From assembly GCA_903813345.2 (NCBI GenBank), contig CAIIXF020000001.1:12028001-12092000 (forward strand): a stretch of 64,000 nucleotides of DNA, read 5' to 3'. The DNA comes from Owenia fusiformis (taxonomy: Eukaryota). This document shows positions 63,490-64,000 of this stretch, in pieces. The notes under the pieces were generated by a model. That model had not been told where the DNA came from, did not search any database, and was given only the letters and a program-made list of their open reading frames with translations. Within the stretch, counting starts at the first letter, position 1, and each line of letters opens with the position of its first letter. The position numbers and the translations under genes were made by a program.

Positions 63490-63760
63490 TGGACAAAAGA
63501 TACAACTAAAAGATAGACTCTGTTTAAATTGTAACCTAAATCAAATAGAGGATGAACTACATTTAATTTTTTACTGCCCTTCTTATACAAACCAGAGAGC
63601 AATATTCTTCAAAATACTAGCTGAAAATATTCCTATTACCAACTTAATGCCTGAATTCTTAATAAAGGAGATCATGAACAGCAAAATTAACATATTAAAA
63701 TATTTTGCCAAATTCCTCATAGATTGTAACAATGTAAGAGCATTCATATCCAGTCTTTAA
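63490..63760 (+). mobile_element. 3' fragment of a non-LTR retrotransposon ORF (CCHC finger, RTE-X-like)
   Basis: RLCLNCNLNQIEDELHLIFYCPSYTNQR motif typical of the C-terminus after RT; upstream domains absent. Confidence 0.7.
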
Positions 63761-64000
63761 CATTGTATAAGTTTGTAAATATTTGTAAATTTAGTTTGTA
63801 TCATAGAATATACATTTTGTAGCAATTATGTTTGTCAAGCCTATTTGAAAAGGTGTTTTCAGTCTGAATGTATATATCAACACTACATTAGAATCATGAT
63901 GTAATGTATTTTTCCATTTTGCTTATGACTGTATATTTGTATATAAAACACATGTAAATAACTGTATAGTGACCCATGTGTCGGAGAGACTGACATACAT

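Overview
AT-rich eukaryotic (metazoan, probably invertebrate; inference) genomic DNA. One gene is confidently identifiable: a 7-exon phosphopantothenate--cysteine ligase (PPCS, minus strand, 13181-17046, 313 aa by manual splicing) whose second intron has U12 (minor spliceosome) signals. Transcribed divergently from it is a probable gene ending in an orphan 237-aa ORF with an N-terminal hydrophobic segment. At 27.9-30.5 kb (minus) sit two paralogous small single-pass membrane-protein ORFs. The UGA-C stop of one is followed in frame by 209 more open codons, making it the best candidate for something new (stop-codon readthrough). The rest is mostly mobile DNA: an intact, apparently full-length CR1-type LINE with no ORF1, and many non-autonomous DNA transposons whose ends and target-site duplications (TSDs) can be read directly (9-bp, 8-bp, 7-bp, 6-bp, 5-bp, TTA, TA, and AAA^TTT without TSD), several of them nested. 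There are also tRNA-derived fragments and a small higher-order tandem repeat. All calls were made by eye, no searches were run, and superfamily names are inferred from end and TSD signatures.
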